NCBI GenBank assembly: GCA_043228905.1
Contig: JBHGNT010000009.1
Span: 17,732,001-17,796,000 of the forward strand
Direction of reading: 5' to 3'
DNA: 64,000 nt
From: Azolla caroliniana
Taxonomy: Eukaryota; Plantae; Polypodiophyta
Shown here piece after piece: positions 25,424 through 37,920 of the stretch; within the stretch, counting starts at the first letter, position 1; each line of letters begins with the position of its first letter. The translations under genes were made by a program, and so were the position numbers. Below the pieces are notes generated by a model. It was not told where the DNA came from, ran no database searches, and worked only from the letters and a program-made list of their open reading frames with translations.

Positions 25424-28400
25424 TCACGTGATACGTGTGAAAGTGAGTAGTGACTCTCGATGTTCAAGAACTTTACCAATGAATGTTGCAATCGAGAGTG
25501 CACATTGTGGTTGTGAGAGGAATTCATGCAAAGATTGGGCTCGACCGAAGAGATGTGGAAAGCATGGTCGAATATGATCAAAGGCAGAGCATTGTATCAA
25601 AGTGTGATACTCAGACTCGCGAACTTGTTTAGGGCAAAGTGTGCATAGCCGACCACTCTCATCACTTGTACCCCAACGCCCTGTTTCACATCGCAATGCA
25701 TGTGAGCTAAGTCGCATGGAAGCAATGGTTCGAATGGCAGATAACGGTATGGGCTCTAACATGTATGGATGTGTACGATTTCCCCGTTCCGCAAAGAATA
25801 TGGTTTTGTAGTTAGGTGCAACATGTGTAGTATAATGTGTGAAGCGTGAGCCTCCACATTTGTCCCATGTCATGATACATTGGCGTTGCAAAAATGCCTC
25901 ATTTACAGAGGAATCTAATGATGCATCATGAAGCAAGTGTCTCGCATCCCATCTACCAAACCATTTTTCTATATCTTGCATCCAACCGGAACACAAAATT
26001 TTGCTTTTATGCGTCTTTTGGATCTTTTTGCTTGCTTCCCACGCAATTCTAGGAAGTCGATGTGAGGGACTTTTTTGAACCTTAAGCATGTATTCAACAA
26101 CCCTTTCCATGGCCATGATCTCAATGGGAAGCGATCCCGTTTCAAGGAGGAGGAGGGTGTAGGGCGTTTGTTTCTTAACTTGTAGAAACTTGGTAAGAAA
26201 ATGCTTTTGGACATTTTCAAACTCTTTCCACATAGACTTAGGGATGCTACCGCCCCATACTTCCACTCCATAGAGAAGAACTGGTGTCACCAAAGTGTCA
26301 AAAAGATATTTCTTGAGGACCCAACACTTAATATCTCCAAGATTGCATGTGTTCTCAAATGCATAGTATGCTCGTTTGCCCGCCTCTAAGCGGCGTGTAG
26401 CACATTCATTCCATCTATGATTTGAAGGAACTTCAAGGCCAAGATATTTGAAGCTTTCCACACATTCAAGTGGCTCATTGTTGTACATAATGCATGGTTT
26501 ATCTCTTTTTTGGCTCTTCACAAGCATAATCTTTGTTTTAGAGCTATTGACACTTAATTTAGTATGCATGCAAAATTTTTCCAATGCCTTCATAAGCTTT
26601 TGTGCATCTCCTAAAGTATTTGCAAAAAGCACTACGTCATCTGCATATAGCAAAAGCATAATCACAACATTCCCAATGGCAACTTCTTCAACACATTCTT
26701 CCTTTGCAAACTTGGTAACCATTTCTTCCAATTCATCAATGCATAGACCAAATAGTGTTGGTGAGAGTGGGCATCCTTGCTTAACACCAATAGTGCTTTT
26801 GAAAAAATCTGAAAGTTTATCTTTCATGCGCACACAACATATAACCTTCTCATAAATTCGGGAAATTGCAAGCATATATTCACTTGGCACCTCAAGTTCT
26901 TCCATTCGCCTCCAAAGATGCTCACGGGGTACCATATCAAAAGCTTTCTTGAAGTCTACAAAGCAACAATATAAACCTTTACCTCTAAGGCGACTTTCCT
27001 CCATTAATACTCGAAGGGTGATAAGGTGATCAATGGTGCTATGGTGTTTCCGAAAGCCAGCTTGTCCATAAGCTCTCTTACCACTTTTTTCAGCCCATAC
27101 ACTTATCTTTGATTCCATTATACATCCAAATAGTTTTGCCATTAATGAGCTAACCATGATGGTTCGATAATTGTTTACATTATTTATATCTCCACCTTTA
27201 TGTAAAGGTTTGATCCAATTTGTAGTCCAATCGTACGGCATACCATGTTGCAATGCATCATTAAACATATTGCTTATCCATATATGTGCTTCCTTTCCCG
27301 TCCATTTGAGCATTTCAGCCTTTATACATTGAAGATCGCTTGCCTTTCGAGAGGCCAATTTCGTAAGTCCTATGCATATATCTTCAATTGTAAAGAAGGA
27401 AGGCATATGTGAAAGAGAACCATAACACATCATCTTTCCGGCAAGAGATAACTCATATAAATTCTTACAATGCATAGACAAGTCGTGAAGAGTTAAGTCA
27501 CCATAACTCTCAACACGTTTTCCCTTTAGATTTCCCCAAAATTTAGCACATGCATGTGCTTTCTCTTGCGTTTGGATAAATTGTTGAGTAACTTCCCATA
27601 TTCTTCTCTTTCTTTGAATAAGCCTTTTATACTCATGCAAATGCTTTTGGTAATTCTCTTTATCCTTAACTACATCCAAAACCATAAGGCACTTTCGAGC
27701 TTCACGACATTCTTTATCAAACCATTTTTTCCTAAGTTTCTTGGTGCATTTCCAAGATGTGCGGTTGGTCGAAAAACATTTGTTTTTACATGAGAGAATG
27801 ACTTTCTTGAAAGCTTCTCATTTGCATTCTAGTGTGGCACCATGTTGTATCTTTGTCATTTGTAACATATCCTCAACCATCTTGGAATACATGGGTGCTC
27901 GCTTAAGGTTCATGCTCAAGTGCGGTTGTTTATTATCTTCAATAGCCTTCTCACAATCAAACCTATGCATACATTTGAGATCAATACATAAAGGCCTATG
28001 ATCTGATTCCGATGTCCATTCACCAAGTGAGAATTTATGTATACGATCCAAAATACCTTCGGAAAGTAGCACATAATCAATCACACTATTTCCGTTGTAT
28101 TTTCTACATGTAAAACCATTAGTGTTGGGCCATAAGGAAATACCATTTGCAATAAGCAATCCGGTACTATTGCACATTTGTAGGAGTAGTTTCCCAAATT
28201 GGTCCGGATCTTTTTCATCGCTAGAAGAGCGGTTATACATTTGCATATCCTCTTGCATCCTTGAGATATGTGGCATGAAAGATTCTTGTGAATCAAGTTG
28301 GAAACTTCTTGTACGAGCATTCATGTCACCAAAGACAATAACTTCCCCTTTGGATTTGAAATAAGCAATATCATCTTCTAGATTGGCAAACGGTTGATCT

Positions 28401-28798
28401 TTATCCAAACAAGCATAAAAGTTAGAATCTTGATGAGGAATGTAACATCCAACAACAAAAGTGGGCAAATCATTAGGTGTTTCTATTTTGAGCCATATGT
28501 AGCATTTATTTTCATCATTTTTTATGATTGACACATATTTCTCTATTTCCTTCTTAATCAAACATGCCACCCCTCCTTGTCCTCTTCTTTGTCTTGGATT
28601 TTTCTTCCATATCAAAGAGTGTACATTATAGTTTCCTAAACCTTGAATCCTTTGAGTATCATGCTCCCATGTTTCAACAAGAAGTGTGATATCCGAGTCA
28701 TTGGTGAACTCCTCTATGCCAAATCCCGCATTCCATGGGTATCCATTGCAATTCCAAAAGCATAGTCGTAAAAGGCGTGGGTTAGTCTCATAGATCAC
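25424..28798 (-). CDS. LINE ORF2 (AP endonuclease + RT + C-terminal Zn finger), single in-frame TGA at 27818-27820
   Basis: WNCNG, GDMNART, IDY, SDH endonuclease motifs; QGCPLSP, LLYADD; ETGRW...CTLC...HTLIQC; the two track ORFs share one frame. Confidence 0.9.
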
Positions 28799-28804
28799 GT
28801 GTCC

Positions 28805-29674
28805 CTATTTGCCTACATTTCCATCTTTAGGCACATCCTTAACCTTGTTTTTCAATCTTTCTTCATATGCTTTACGACGAGCATTTTGTTGTGAGATAGT
28901 ACGATCTTCACTCACAAAGCATTGTGTACCTTTGAGGTATACCCAACTATTTTCGAGTATGATCCGCCGCTTTGTATCATCTGTCATTGTGCATACAATA
29001 GGCCTTTCTCCGGAGCGAGTAACACCATGTTTCCCAACTCGGTGTGCCCCATATACATTCACATCTGACATCCCATAATGCATGCTAAAAAATTCACCAA
29101 TGGCCTTTCCAAGGGATGCGGGTGTTTCCATACTCTCTTCTTTAATCCCACGGACGACAATGTTCTTTGATCGTCGTTCGCGTTCTTTCAATTCTCGGAC
29201 ATCTATGCTTTCTATATTCTTCTCTTGATGCATCACATGCATATTAGATGAGTTTGATAACACATCCCCACCACATACATCGGCCCATGACTTCGTTGTA
29301 CATACATTTTTCATCTCACTTACATCCCGCCTCATTGTATCCAATTTTTCTTCTTTTAATGCTTCCTTTAACTCAATCTTGTTAAGGCGCTCATTTGTTT
29401 CAAATGAAGCTCTTTTACATTCTTGAATCTCTTCTTGAAGTTTTGCAACCACTTGTTTAAGACTTTCATTCTCAATGACAACACTTTGGAGCTTAGTATT
29501 CTCTTTCATTAACATCCTAATCTCTTCACCTTGCTTGTTTATGGTTTCTTGAAGAGAAATCAAGTGACTCATAAGCATTTTGTCCATTGCATTAGAATCG
29601 AGATTTGTTGGTGATCTCGGCTCATTATCAATCATACCCCCAAACTTTGCGGCGGTTTTACGAGTATTTGCCAT
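28805..29674 (-). CDS. LINE ORF1 (coiled coil + RRM-like), 289 aa
   Basis: Heptad-rich N half, RRSKNIVVRGIKE, HRVG...RPI, FVSEDRT motifs; intact. Confidence 0.88.
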   Translation of the reverse strand: MANTRKTAAKFGGMIDNEPRSPTNLDSNAMDKMLMSHLISLQETINKQGEEIRMLMKENTKLQSVVIENESLKQVVAKLQEEIQECKRASFETNERLNKIELKEALKEEKLDTMRRDVSEMKNVCTTKSWADVCGGDVLSNSSNMHVMHQEKNIESIDVRELKERERRSKNIVVRGIKEESMETPASLGKAIGEFFSMHYGMSDVNVYGAHRVGKHGVTRSGERPIVCTMTDDTKRRIILENSWVYLKGTQCFVSEDRTISQQNARRKAYEERLKNKVKDVPKDGNVGK

Positions 29675-29937
29675 TGTGGGGACAAACCGTACTGGAAAAG
29701 AGAGACAAAGAGGGAAGGAGAGAGAATGTACCTTTCACTCGATTTAGGGCTTCAAAATCTACCTTCCGTTTGAGGAACCGTGGGGCAAAGATGGCTGCGG
29801 ATGAAAATGCTCATAACTTCTCGCCACGGTAACGGAATTCAGTAAATGAACATTCTTTAGAAAGCTCTCTCAAAGAGCTTTCCAACGAGCTATAGAACGT
29901 AGAAAACGATGGCCGGAGTGAACTTACAGAGAGCTTT

Positions 29938-29996
<59 letters not shown>

Positions 29997-32137
29997 TGGA
30001 GCCGATGGTGATCTTCACGATTGACCATGTGCCGTGGAACCTGAAGCCGATTCCAGTGCCACGGGAGCATATTCCAAAAATCATTGACTTGCTCAAGGAG
30101 AAGGTGGCGATGGGGATTCTAGAGCCATCAAATGCTCCGTACTCAAATCGATGGTTTACGGTTCCGAAGAAGAATGGGTCACTCCGATTTATTCAAGATT
30201 TGCAACCGGTGAACAAGGTCACGATCTGGAACTCCGGAGTTGGTCCGATAGTAGACGAATTTGCGGAAGCATTTGCCGGTCGCGCGATATACTCCATCGG
30301 AGACCTATACTCCGGATATGACCAATTCCAACTAGCTGTGAAGAGCCGAGACATCACTACCATGCGGACACCGATAGGATTAGTCCGGATGTGTACGCTA
30401 CCACAAGGCGCGACGAACTCGGTCGCACATATGATGAATGCGATGAACAAGGTGCTTTGAGACTGCATTCCGGAAATAACGATGTCGTTCCTAGATGACA
30501 TTCCAATGAAAGGATGCGCGGTAGAAGAAAAAGATGAAACTATGGATGATCGGTGATGCCGAAAGTTCGTAGTCAACCATATTCGCGATTGCGAGAAAGT
30601 GCTTCGAAAGTTAGAAGATGTGCACCTAACACTTTCCGGTAAGAAATCGGCATTCGGGTAAGATGTGGGCCCTACGGCCGAAGACCGTCACCAACCAAGA
30701 TCGACGCGATTCAAGCTATGAAAGAAGTATGCGAGTCACAATCCGAAGTTCGAAGGTTTCTTGGAGCATGTGCATTCTACCACATATGGATTCCGCACTA
30801 TGCACATATAGCAGACCCACTCTATCACTTGTTGTGGAAGGGTAAGAAGTTTGAATGTAAACCGGAGCATACCAAAGCCGTGAAGAAGCTCAAGAAATCA
30901 CTACGGAGGGCAGAAGCACTAAAGAAGTCGAACTATGACCAACCGATCATAGTAACGGTTGACACAAGTCCAACCGGAATCGGATGGGTCATCAATCAAG
31001 CCGATCCGGAAGGTTCACGATATCCGATCCGATTCGGAGCAAAGGTTCTCAACGAAAGGCAACGTGGATATGCACAAGTTAAAAGAGAATTATGGGGAGT
31101 CGTGTCGGCAATCAAATTGGATCGAGATTATTTGATCGGAGCCGAAGTAGTGATCGAAACGGATTGTCTTCCGATACTTGGGATGATGCGGTGTTGCACG
31201 ATACCGGATGTGGCTATGCTAAGATGGATTGCATATATTAAGTCGCTTAATCCGGAGGTACGACACATCTCTGGAAAAGACAACACGGTAGCGGATATGT
31301 TATCAAGGGCGCGGTTCGGAGATAACATAACCGAATCCGATAATGAAGAAGTTTCCGAAGACTACTTTGCTTCGGAGCACATATGCCGGGTGAACGTAAT
31401 CCGAGAATTCCGGGAAGAAGAATATGAGGGAGAAAGCTTGCTGATCGGGAAAGTGCTACAAGAAATCGAGGAATCATCAGACAATAAAGAGAAGAGAGCC
31501 GAGATCTGAAGTAAGAAGTGACAAGTCCAAAAGTTCTTCTTGAAAAATGGATTACTATGGAGGGAGCCAAAAAGACCGGATGGCATACCACTTCGAGTAG
31601 TCGGGACGAAAGAGCAACGAAACCGGATAATGTCTGAATTTCACGAATCTGATTGGGCTGGACATCGAGGAACATGGGCAACTTTTGTGAAAATCAAACA
31701 AAAATATTGGTGGAAGAACATGTACAAAGATATAATGGAGTTCACGGAAAGCTGCGAGAAGTGTCAAATCTACTCCGGAGTTCGACACCGAGATGAGTTA
31801 CATCCGACATTCTCACCAACAATCAACTTCAAATGGATGGTCAATATTGTAGCCATGCCAACCGGGATCGAACAAAAGAAGTACTTGGTGTTAGCTCTGG
31901 AAGATCTCACAAACCAAGTAGAAGGTCGGGTGCTACGAAGGAAAACGTGTTCTTCGGTATGCCAATTCCTTTTGGAAGAAGTGTTTTGCAGGTACGGGTG
32001 CGTAGGACAAGTGATTGCGGATTGGGGAGAACTCGACTCTGATAAAGGTAAGGAATTCTTCACTAAACATGGAGTTCAGTTAACACTGACAACGACATAC
32101 AATCCGGAAGCCAACGGGAAGATCGAACGAGGGCGAG

Positions 32138-33007
32138 TGTCGTAGTGTAATTCGCACACTACGTGAAAAATTACATTTTTGGTTTCTCCAGATAGGATAT
32201 GGAGTACCCAGTGAGAACCGGAAGGAAGAATCGGTGAGGACCGAAACCGGTAAGGAGACCCGGCAAGAGCCGGATGAAGAAGGCTGGTGAGAGTCGGTGA
32301 GAAACGAACGAAGAGGACCGGTAAGGAGGATCCGGTAAGAACCGGATAAAGAAAATCGGCGAGAACCGGATGAAGAAGGCCGGCGAGAGTCTCTCACCAG
32401 ATGAAGAGACATATTTGTAAATAGAAGAAAGTATAAATATATATATTACATGCATAGGGCAAGATTCGAACCTTGCACCTCAATGTTAATAATGTTAAGC
32501 CTTATCATTATACTAGCGTATTATGAATTTTAAAGTTATACTAAACTTTATCCCATGTAAATATTCTAGACATGCATGGTACAAAAAGTTATTCATGCAT
32601 AGACACTCGAGTTAAAAGAAAAGATGAGATAGAAAGCTAATCATGCACATGCATTGTGCATGAAAACTAAAGATAGGAAAAGCATGATGCTTGCATGTGA
32701 TAAACTTAGACTCTTCCAACACTATATAAGGAAGAGAGAAAGATGTATAGAGGTTGTTGATTATTTTTACAGGGGTTGATTAATATAATATAATCGTGGG
32801 ATCCACGAGTTTGCTAACTATTTTTTCTCTCTTAATTTGAGTACTCACTAATACACTATACTCGTGGGATTCACGAGTTTTCATATCTTTCTTTCTTACA
32901 ATATATTTCATATTCTTAATTGCCTTAGAATTTTCTTTCCTCCTAGTCCAAAACCCCAACGGTTCCCACCCGACTCACGCAACGATCTGGAGCCGAAAGG
33001 CACGACA
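32138..33007 (+). repeat. Complete 3' LTR (870 bp) of the Gypsy
   Basis: TG...CA ends, CCGG-rich repeats, CTATATAA TATA near 32722. Confidence 0.9.
32459..32517 (-). promoter_or_regulatory. tRNA-like A-box/B-box module inside the LTR
   Basis: Minus strand TAGTATAATGATAAG...GAGGTGCAAGGTTCGAATCTTGC (T-arm stem GCAAG/CTTGC). Confidence 0.6.
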
Positions 33008-33470
33008 GCGACAATGTCACTAAATGAGCCACATAATAACACCTCCTCAGAAAACTTGTCTTTCACATGATATTCCATGTCCTTTGTCTTCCCAATCATA
33101 TATGTCAGGTCTGGAACTGTAAGAAGATTCACAATCCCAACATAAACACTAGCGAACAAATCATAACTGATTCCAACATTTCTGAATACTGTTGGGGAGA
33201 AATAAAACGAAAATAAAACACATCATTGATTCCAGAGAGCTGTTGCAAAACAAACATGGCTGCTCCAATTGACCATTTAGGGCTCTTAGAACAGAACTCC
33301 ATCCCAACTAAGAGCATTGGAGCAGGCAAGATGGATATCCAAAATCAATTCCTCCAACAGCCAGGGACAGTTTGTACTGGAAGCCCAATTACCAGGGCAC
33401 AAAGTATTCCAATGCATGTAGCAATCTGACAGAGAGTACCATTAGAGACCACCATACGTTCCATTCATGT
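33008..33470 (-). pseudogene. Plastidic glucose transporter-like (MFS) gene fragment
   Basis: TLCQIATCIGILCALVIGLP...W..FWISILPAPMLLVGMEFCSKSPKW then IGAAMFVLQQLSGINDVFYF; stops and frameshifts. Confidence 0.75.
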
Positions 33471-33769
33471 ACCTGCTCATAATATTCTGCTTCACCCCCC
33501 ACACCGTCTTCTCTCATCCTTATCCCTCAAAACAATTTTGCTTCTTAAGTCCACATCAACCATCTCGCCGATTACACCAAATTCTTGTATACATAATAAC
33601 AAAGTGATTATAAAATATTTCCTCATCCCCTCATATATTTGCTTCAACCCCCACACCATCGTCACTCATCCTCTCGTCATGAATAAACTCTATAAAGACA
33701 ATAACTACATGACAACAAGACAATAACTACAAGACAAGGATGTCCACTTGCTCCTTTCCTGTTTTTATT

Positions 33770-36085
33770 AGTATCTGAATCATTTTCTATACATCTAAAT
33801 TCTCAATATGTAAATATTAAAGGGTTAGCATTACCAGTGTCGTATGCTGTTGTGGATATCGAGTTTGTTAATGACACAACTTTATATGTTCAGGCCTCAT
33901 GATTAAATTTAGCACAGGTGCAAAAGGATGTGGATGATTTTTCAGATGCATCGGGTGCATTGATAATTTGGGATAAGTCATCAGGTTTTTGGGTTGCTCC
34001 GGGAGATCCGCCAGTTAATGTGCCTTCCTCAAGATTCACATGGATACCTAAAGGTCAGTCCATTAGGTATTTAGGTTGTAGAGTGGGCTTGGGTTTAAAG
34101 GCAAAGGATATGGTTGCACCCTTGTTATTAAGATTAAGGAATAAGCTAATATATTGGAATAAGGAAAAGCTATCTTTAGCAGGTCGGATAGTTGTAGCTA
34201 ATTCGGTCCTTTTGTCCTCGATTTGGTATATAGCATCTACATGGCTATTTTCAAGGACAATAATGCTTAAAGTTCAACGCCTAATACGGAATTTTATTTG
34301 GGGGAACAACGTGTCTAACAATTCAGTAACAAAGGTCACTTGGACAGTTCTTATACAATCTAAGCGGAAAGGAGGTCTAGGTTTGATTGATCCTTTTATG
34401 CAAAGTAAAGTCTTACTTTCTAAACATGTCGTTAGGAGTTTAATGCCAGGAGAGGAGTTATGGAAAAAGCTATGGATTCGGCATTTACATAACGTCAAGC
34501 CATCAACAGGTGGTCAATGGAAAAATAGTCTTAGATGGTTTTTTAATGCAGATTTTCCATTGCCGAAGTCTAATGTTGGATCCTTACGTTTTTTTAATGG
34601 AATATTTCGAGCATGGGAAAGTATTCGCCAAGCACTTGTTTTCTTCCCACCGAAAACTTATACTCAATTCATGCGTCAACCTTTGATATGGAACCCTTTA
34701 TTTACGGATGAAGTTGCATGTGTGTTGGGTCTACGACCTAGGTTATCTTGGGCTACAATGGATAATGGTCCAGCCCGTACAGTTGCGGATTGGATAAACT
34801 TCTTGCAGACATCGGCTCAGGACCGAAAGAATAGGTTGTCTAGTTTAAGAGGGGCAAATATAATGGTAGATCAATTGTCCATGGTGTATCAGGTCACAAT
34901 ACCAACTTTGCAGCTTGATCATTTTCAAAGGTGGTACGATATGTTTTCGACACTTAATATACTCTTATAAGTGCTCGTTTATATCATCCAAATGGTTGTA
35001 TTCACTTCTATGAAGTGGTGGATAATGGTAGGTTGGTATTAGTAGATGACAAGTCTACAATCATGTCTGCTGCGAAGCAGTTACCGGTGCGAGTAATTGC
35101 TAGATTGGATAAAAAATTGGTTATTGACCCTAGTCCCTTAATTGCTAACTATGCATCTCAAATTTGGGTTGTACACGCTAGACCACTTGTGGATCTGCAG
35201 TGGGATCCTGCGGATTATGGTTGGAAATTGTCCATGCCTAATAATTCCACTAAGGTCCTCCCATTCTTCACATGTTCGTTGGCGTTTGGGAGAAACTTTA
35301 TGTTGAGTCAAACCAAGTCAATACCGGCGGGAAAAAAGTATTGGGACGAAGGTAATGTATCATCTTCTCAGATGATGATGTTTTGGAAACAGTTTTGGTC
35401 AATTAAATGTATGAACAAGATATTACACTTTCGTTGGTTGATGATTCATTATGTGTTGCCAGTAGGTGATTTGATGAGGGGATCTGTAACTGATCGGTCA
35501 TGCATTATGTGTGGTTATGTACGTGAGTCATTGCATCATGTATTTTGGGAATGTGTTGTCGCAAAAAAAATTGGTTTAGAATTCTTAGGCTAATAGGTCG
35601 TAAGTATAGGTTGGGGATTTTTACGTGGGGTGCAGTCTTATGGGGAAGGTTAGATCAACAAATGACTTTCTATCATCGTCATTATTCTTCTTTGACATTA
35701 CACGTCACAAGTTTGCAGGTATACTATACTTCAACCTCCTTGCAGGGAATCAAGTTTTTCTCCCGTAGTCACGTTTGGCAAATTGTCTCCTCATTGGCTT
35801 TATGGATTCTTTGGAAAGCTAGGTGCTCCAAGCTAAACAATGATGAAAACACTCACATCGTGGATCAAGTTAAGTCTTTTTGGAACTTCTTGGTACATAT
35901 AGTTAAAGGTGAATATGATAGTTATAAGGGTTCTGGTAACACAACTAATAAGAAAAGAATGAGAATTCGTAAAGTTTGGTCGTCTATACCTATTATGTTG
36001 AATGAAGCCGCAGATGTCAAGTGGAACTATGTACCGCCTCGGTGGTTATTCTCGCCACCGGCACCATCTTTAGTATAAATAACAT
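33770..36085 (+). mobile_element. 5'-truncated L1 LINE (ORF2 3' part, degenerate)
   Basis: RYLG, LSLAGRIVVANSVLLS, KRKGGLGL, CIMCGYVRESLHHVFWEC zinc finger; stops and frameshift. Confidence 0.85.
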
Positions 36086-37289
36086 GATATAATATAGATG
36101 ACTGTTGATATTTTTGTCAGGATAAGTGATGTTGGTAAAAATCAAGGACATGGCAAGCCAAAACTTGGTGCCGATTACAGAGAAGGCGAGATGGTTGTTG
36201 TGGATGTAAGAGGCAATTTCTTATGAGCGATAAGGATGAGTGTAGATGGTGTGGGGGTTGAAGAAGCATTTATCATGAGTTGGTGAGGGAATTTTTACAG
36301 TAATTTGTTTGCGGTCTATATGGCAGGATGCTTGATGGAAGGAAATCAAGAACATGGGAAGCCAAAATTTGGTGTCGATTAGCGAGAAGGCGAGATGGTT
36401 GTTGTGGATGATGCTTGATGAAATTTGGTTGCATGGCACGGAGTGAAGAAGATTTTAGGTTTCATCTTAGGGAGTGCAACAAACAAGATAGTCTTCTAGG
36501 TGCTTAGTGAAGTTTGCTCCATCCACCTTTATATTATCAAGGGAGGCATTGATTGGATTGATTTTCGTTTCCAACCATCCCTCCTCATATCCCTTGATAC
36601 TAAATAAGCATTGGATTTTCATTTTAGTATTAAGAATGACCTCTAAGGCTCAACCCCAACAACTTCTCATTCTTAATCTAGCAATTCAATCACACTTGAC
36701 TATGACCATAATTTCATCTTTGAACTTTATGTGTGCCCTTAAGATCAATGATGTTATCACCTTGTTGGGATGGATTGTTACAATAACCACGCCTTTGAAT
36801 AGCTTGCTTAAATTGATGTCCTATTAGGATTTGGCTTAAGGCTTCTTAGTGAGTTGTTTATCTTAGCTACTTGGCTAGGACAATTGCATTGTTTTTGGAC
36901 ACTTATCAATTAGATTACAATCATTTATTCTTTTCTTATGCAATGAGTGAGAATTCGAAGTGACAAAATTTCAAAATGTAAAGCAATCATTAAACCCCAA
37001 CTTATTAGTATATCTTAAAAATCATTCATTGCAAACTAGTTTCTTAATGTCTTGCTTACAAGTTGGGTCATTAAAAATCCAATTGTTGACTCTTTACCAA
37101 AAAAGAATATACTCCTTTAGTTAAAATATACACAAACTGGATCCCTTTCTCAGGTAGGTCGAGCCAAGACTATCCTATCCTACATAAGAGATCTTGCTTA
37201 TTTATCTTACACTTTCACATATGGCTCTAGCCATCCTTTCATGCACATCACCTACATTCACTATCCCACATGCCATGTCTTTCACGCCC

Positions 37290-37920
37290 CTCGTTCATCT
37301 AATGGGAGGGGGGAACAACCATTTGGGTACTTCACACTTCCATAGTATATCCATTCCATTTGTTGCGGCCATTGGTGTAGTACACCATCGTTTTCAGAAA
37401 TTCAGCCTCATTAGTTCTGCAGCATCATTAGTACCATCAATCCGCTCATATTGAGCTCTTAGTGTAGTTATTAATGTGTGCTAGATTAGCTTAATTGATT
37501 CAACTGGGGGGCGTTTGTGTGTTGAAAATACCCTGGTACACCTTGTTGTCCATATATACTATATAGTAATTGGGGCAAACAACATCCAAAAATCTCCAAG
37601 TTTTTGATTATGTGCACAAGTTGTAGGTATCCTGTTGTCAGTGATCAGCCGCACAATGCCATTCTCCCCTCTGTACTTAGCATCGCATGTGCTATCGTAT
37701 TTCATCACATCATCCTCAAGACAAATCCAGCAAGCATGTCCCTAGTTGAGGGTGAACGAACTAGAGGCATGTCAAAGCAAACGTAGTGCCCTTCCCCATA
37801 CAGCCATTGCCTCGCGACATTCCTATAGACAATGGGAAATGCTTTCTATCTGTCCACAGACAATACATCTAGGGTCTACATTGGGGCCTTTACCCCATGT
37901 CCCTACGTTGACTTGGCAAA
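37290..37920 (-). mobile_element. L1 3'-end fragment
   Basis: Minus strand encodes PRCIVC...ESISHCL..C and a PKWLFPPP terminus like the neighbouring L1. Confidence 0.55.

Larger units (their letters stand above)
25351..29990 (-). mobile_element. Full-length non-LTR retrotransposon (RTEX-like LINE) nested in the Gypsy pol
   Basis: ORF1 plus APE-RT ORF2, (CTAT)n 3' tail, (CT)n 5' end, TSD AGATAG (25345-25350 and 29991-29996) splitting Gypsy VDPKI|VEPM. Confidence 0.9.
22781..33007 (+). mobile_element. Ty3/Gypsy LTR retrotransposon, internally deleted, 4-bp TSD GCGA
   Basis: Termini TGTCGT...ACGACA; TSD at 22777-22780 and 33008-33011; gag CCHC (CIWCDSTEHDRRDC), protease (LIDHGSE), RT (29997-30700), RNase H (30718-31330), integrase (31540-32130) in Gypsy order; several stops and frameshifts. 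Confidence 0.93.
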
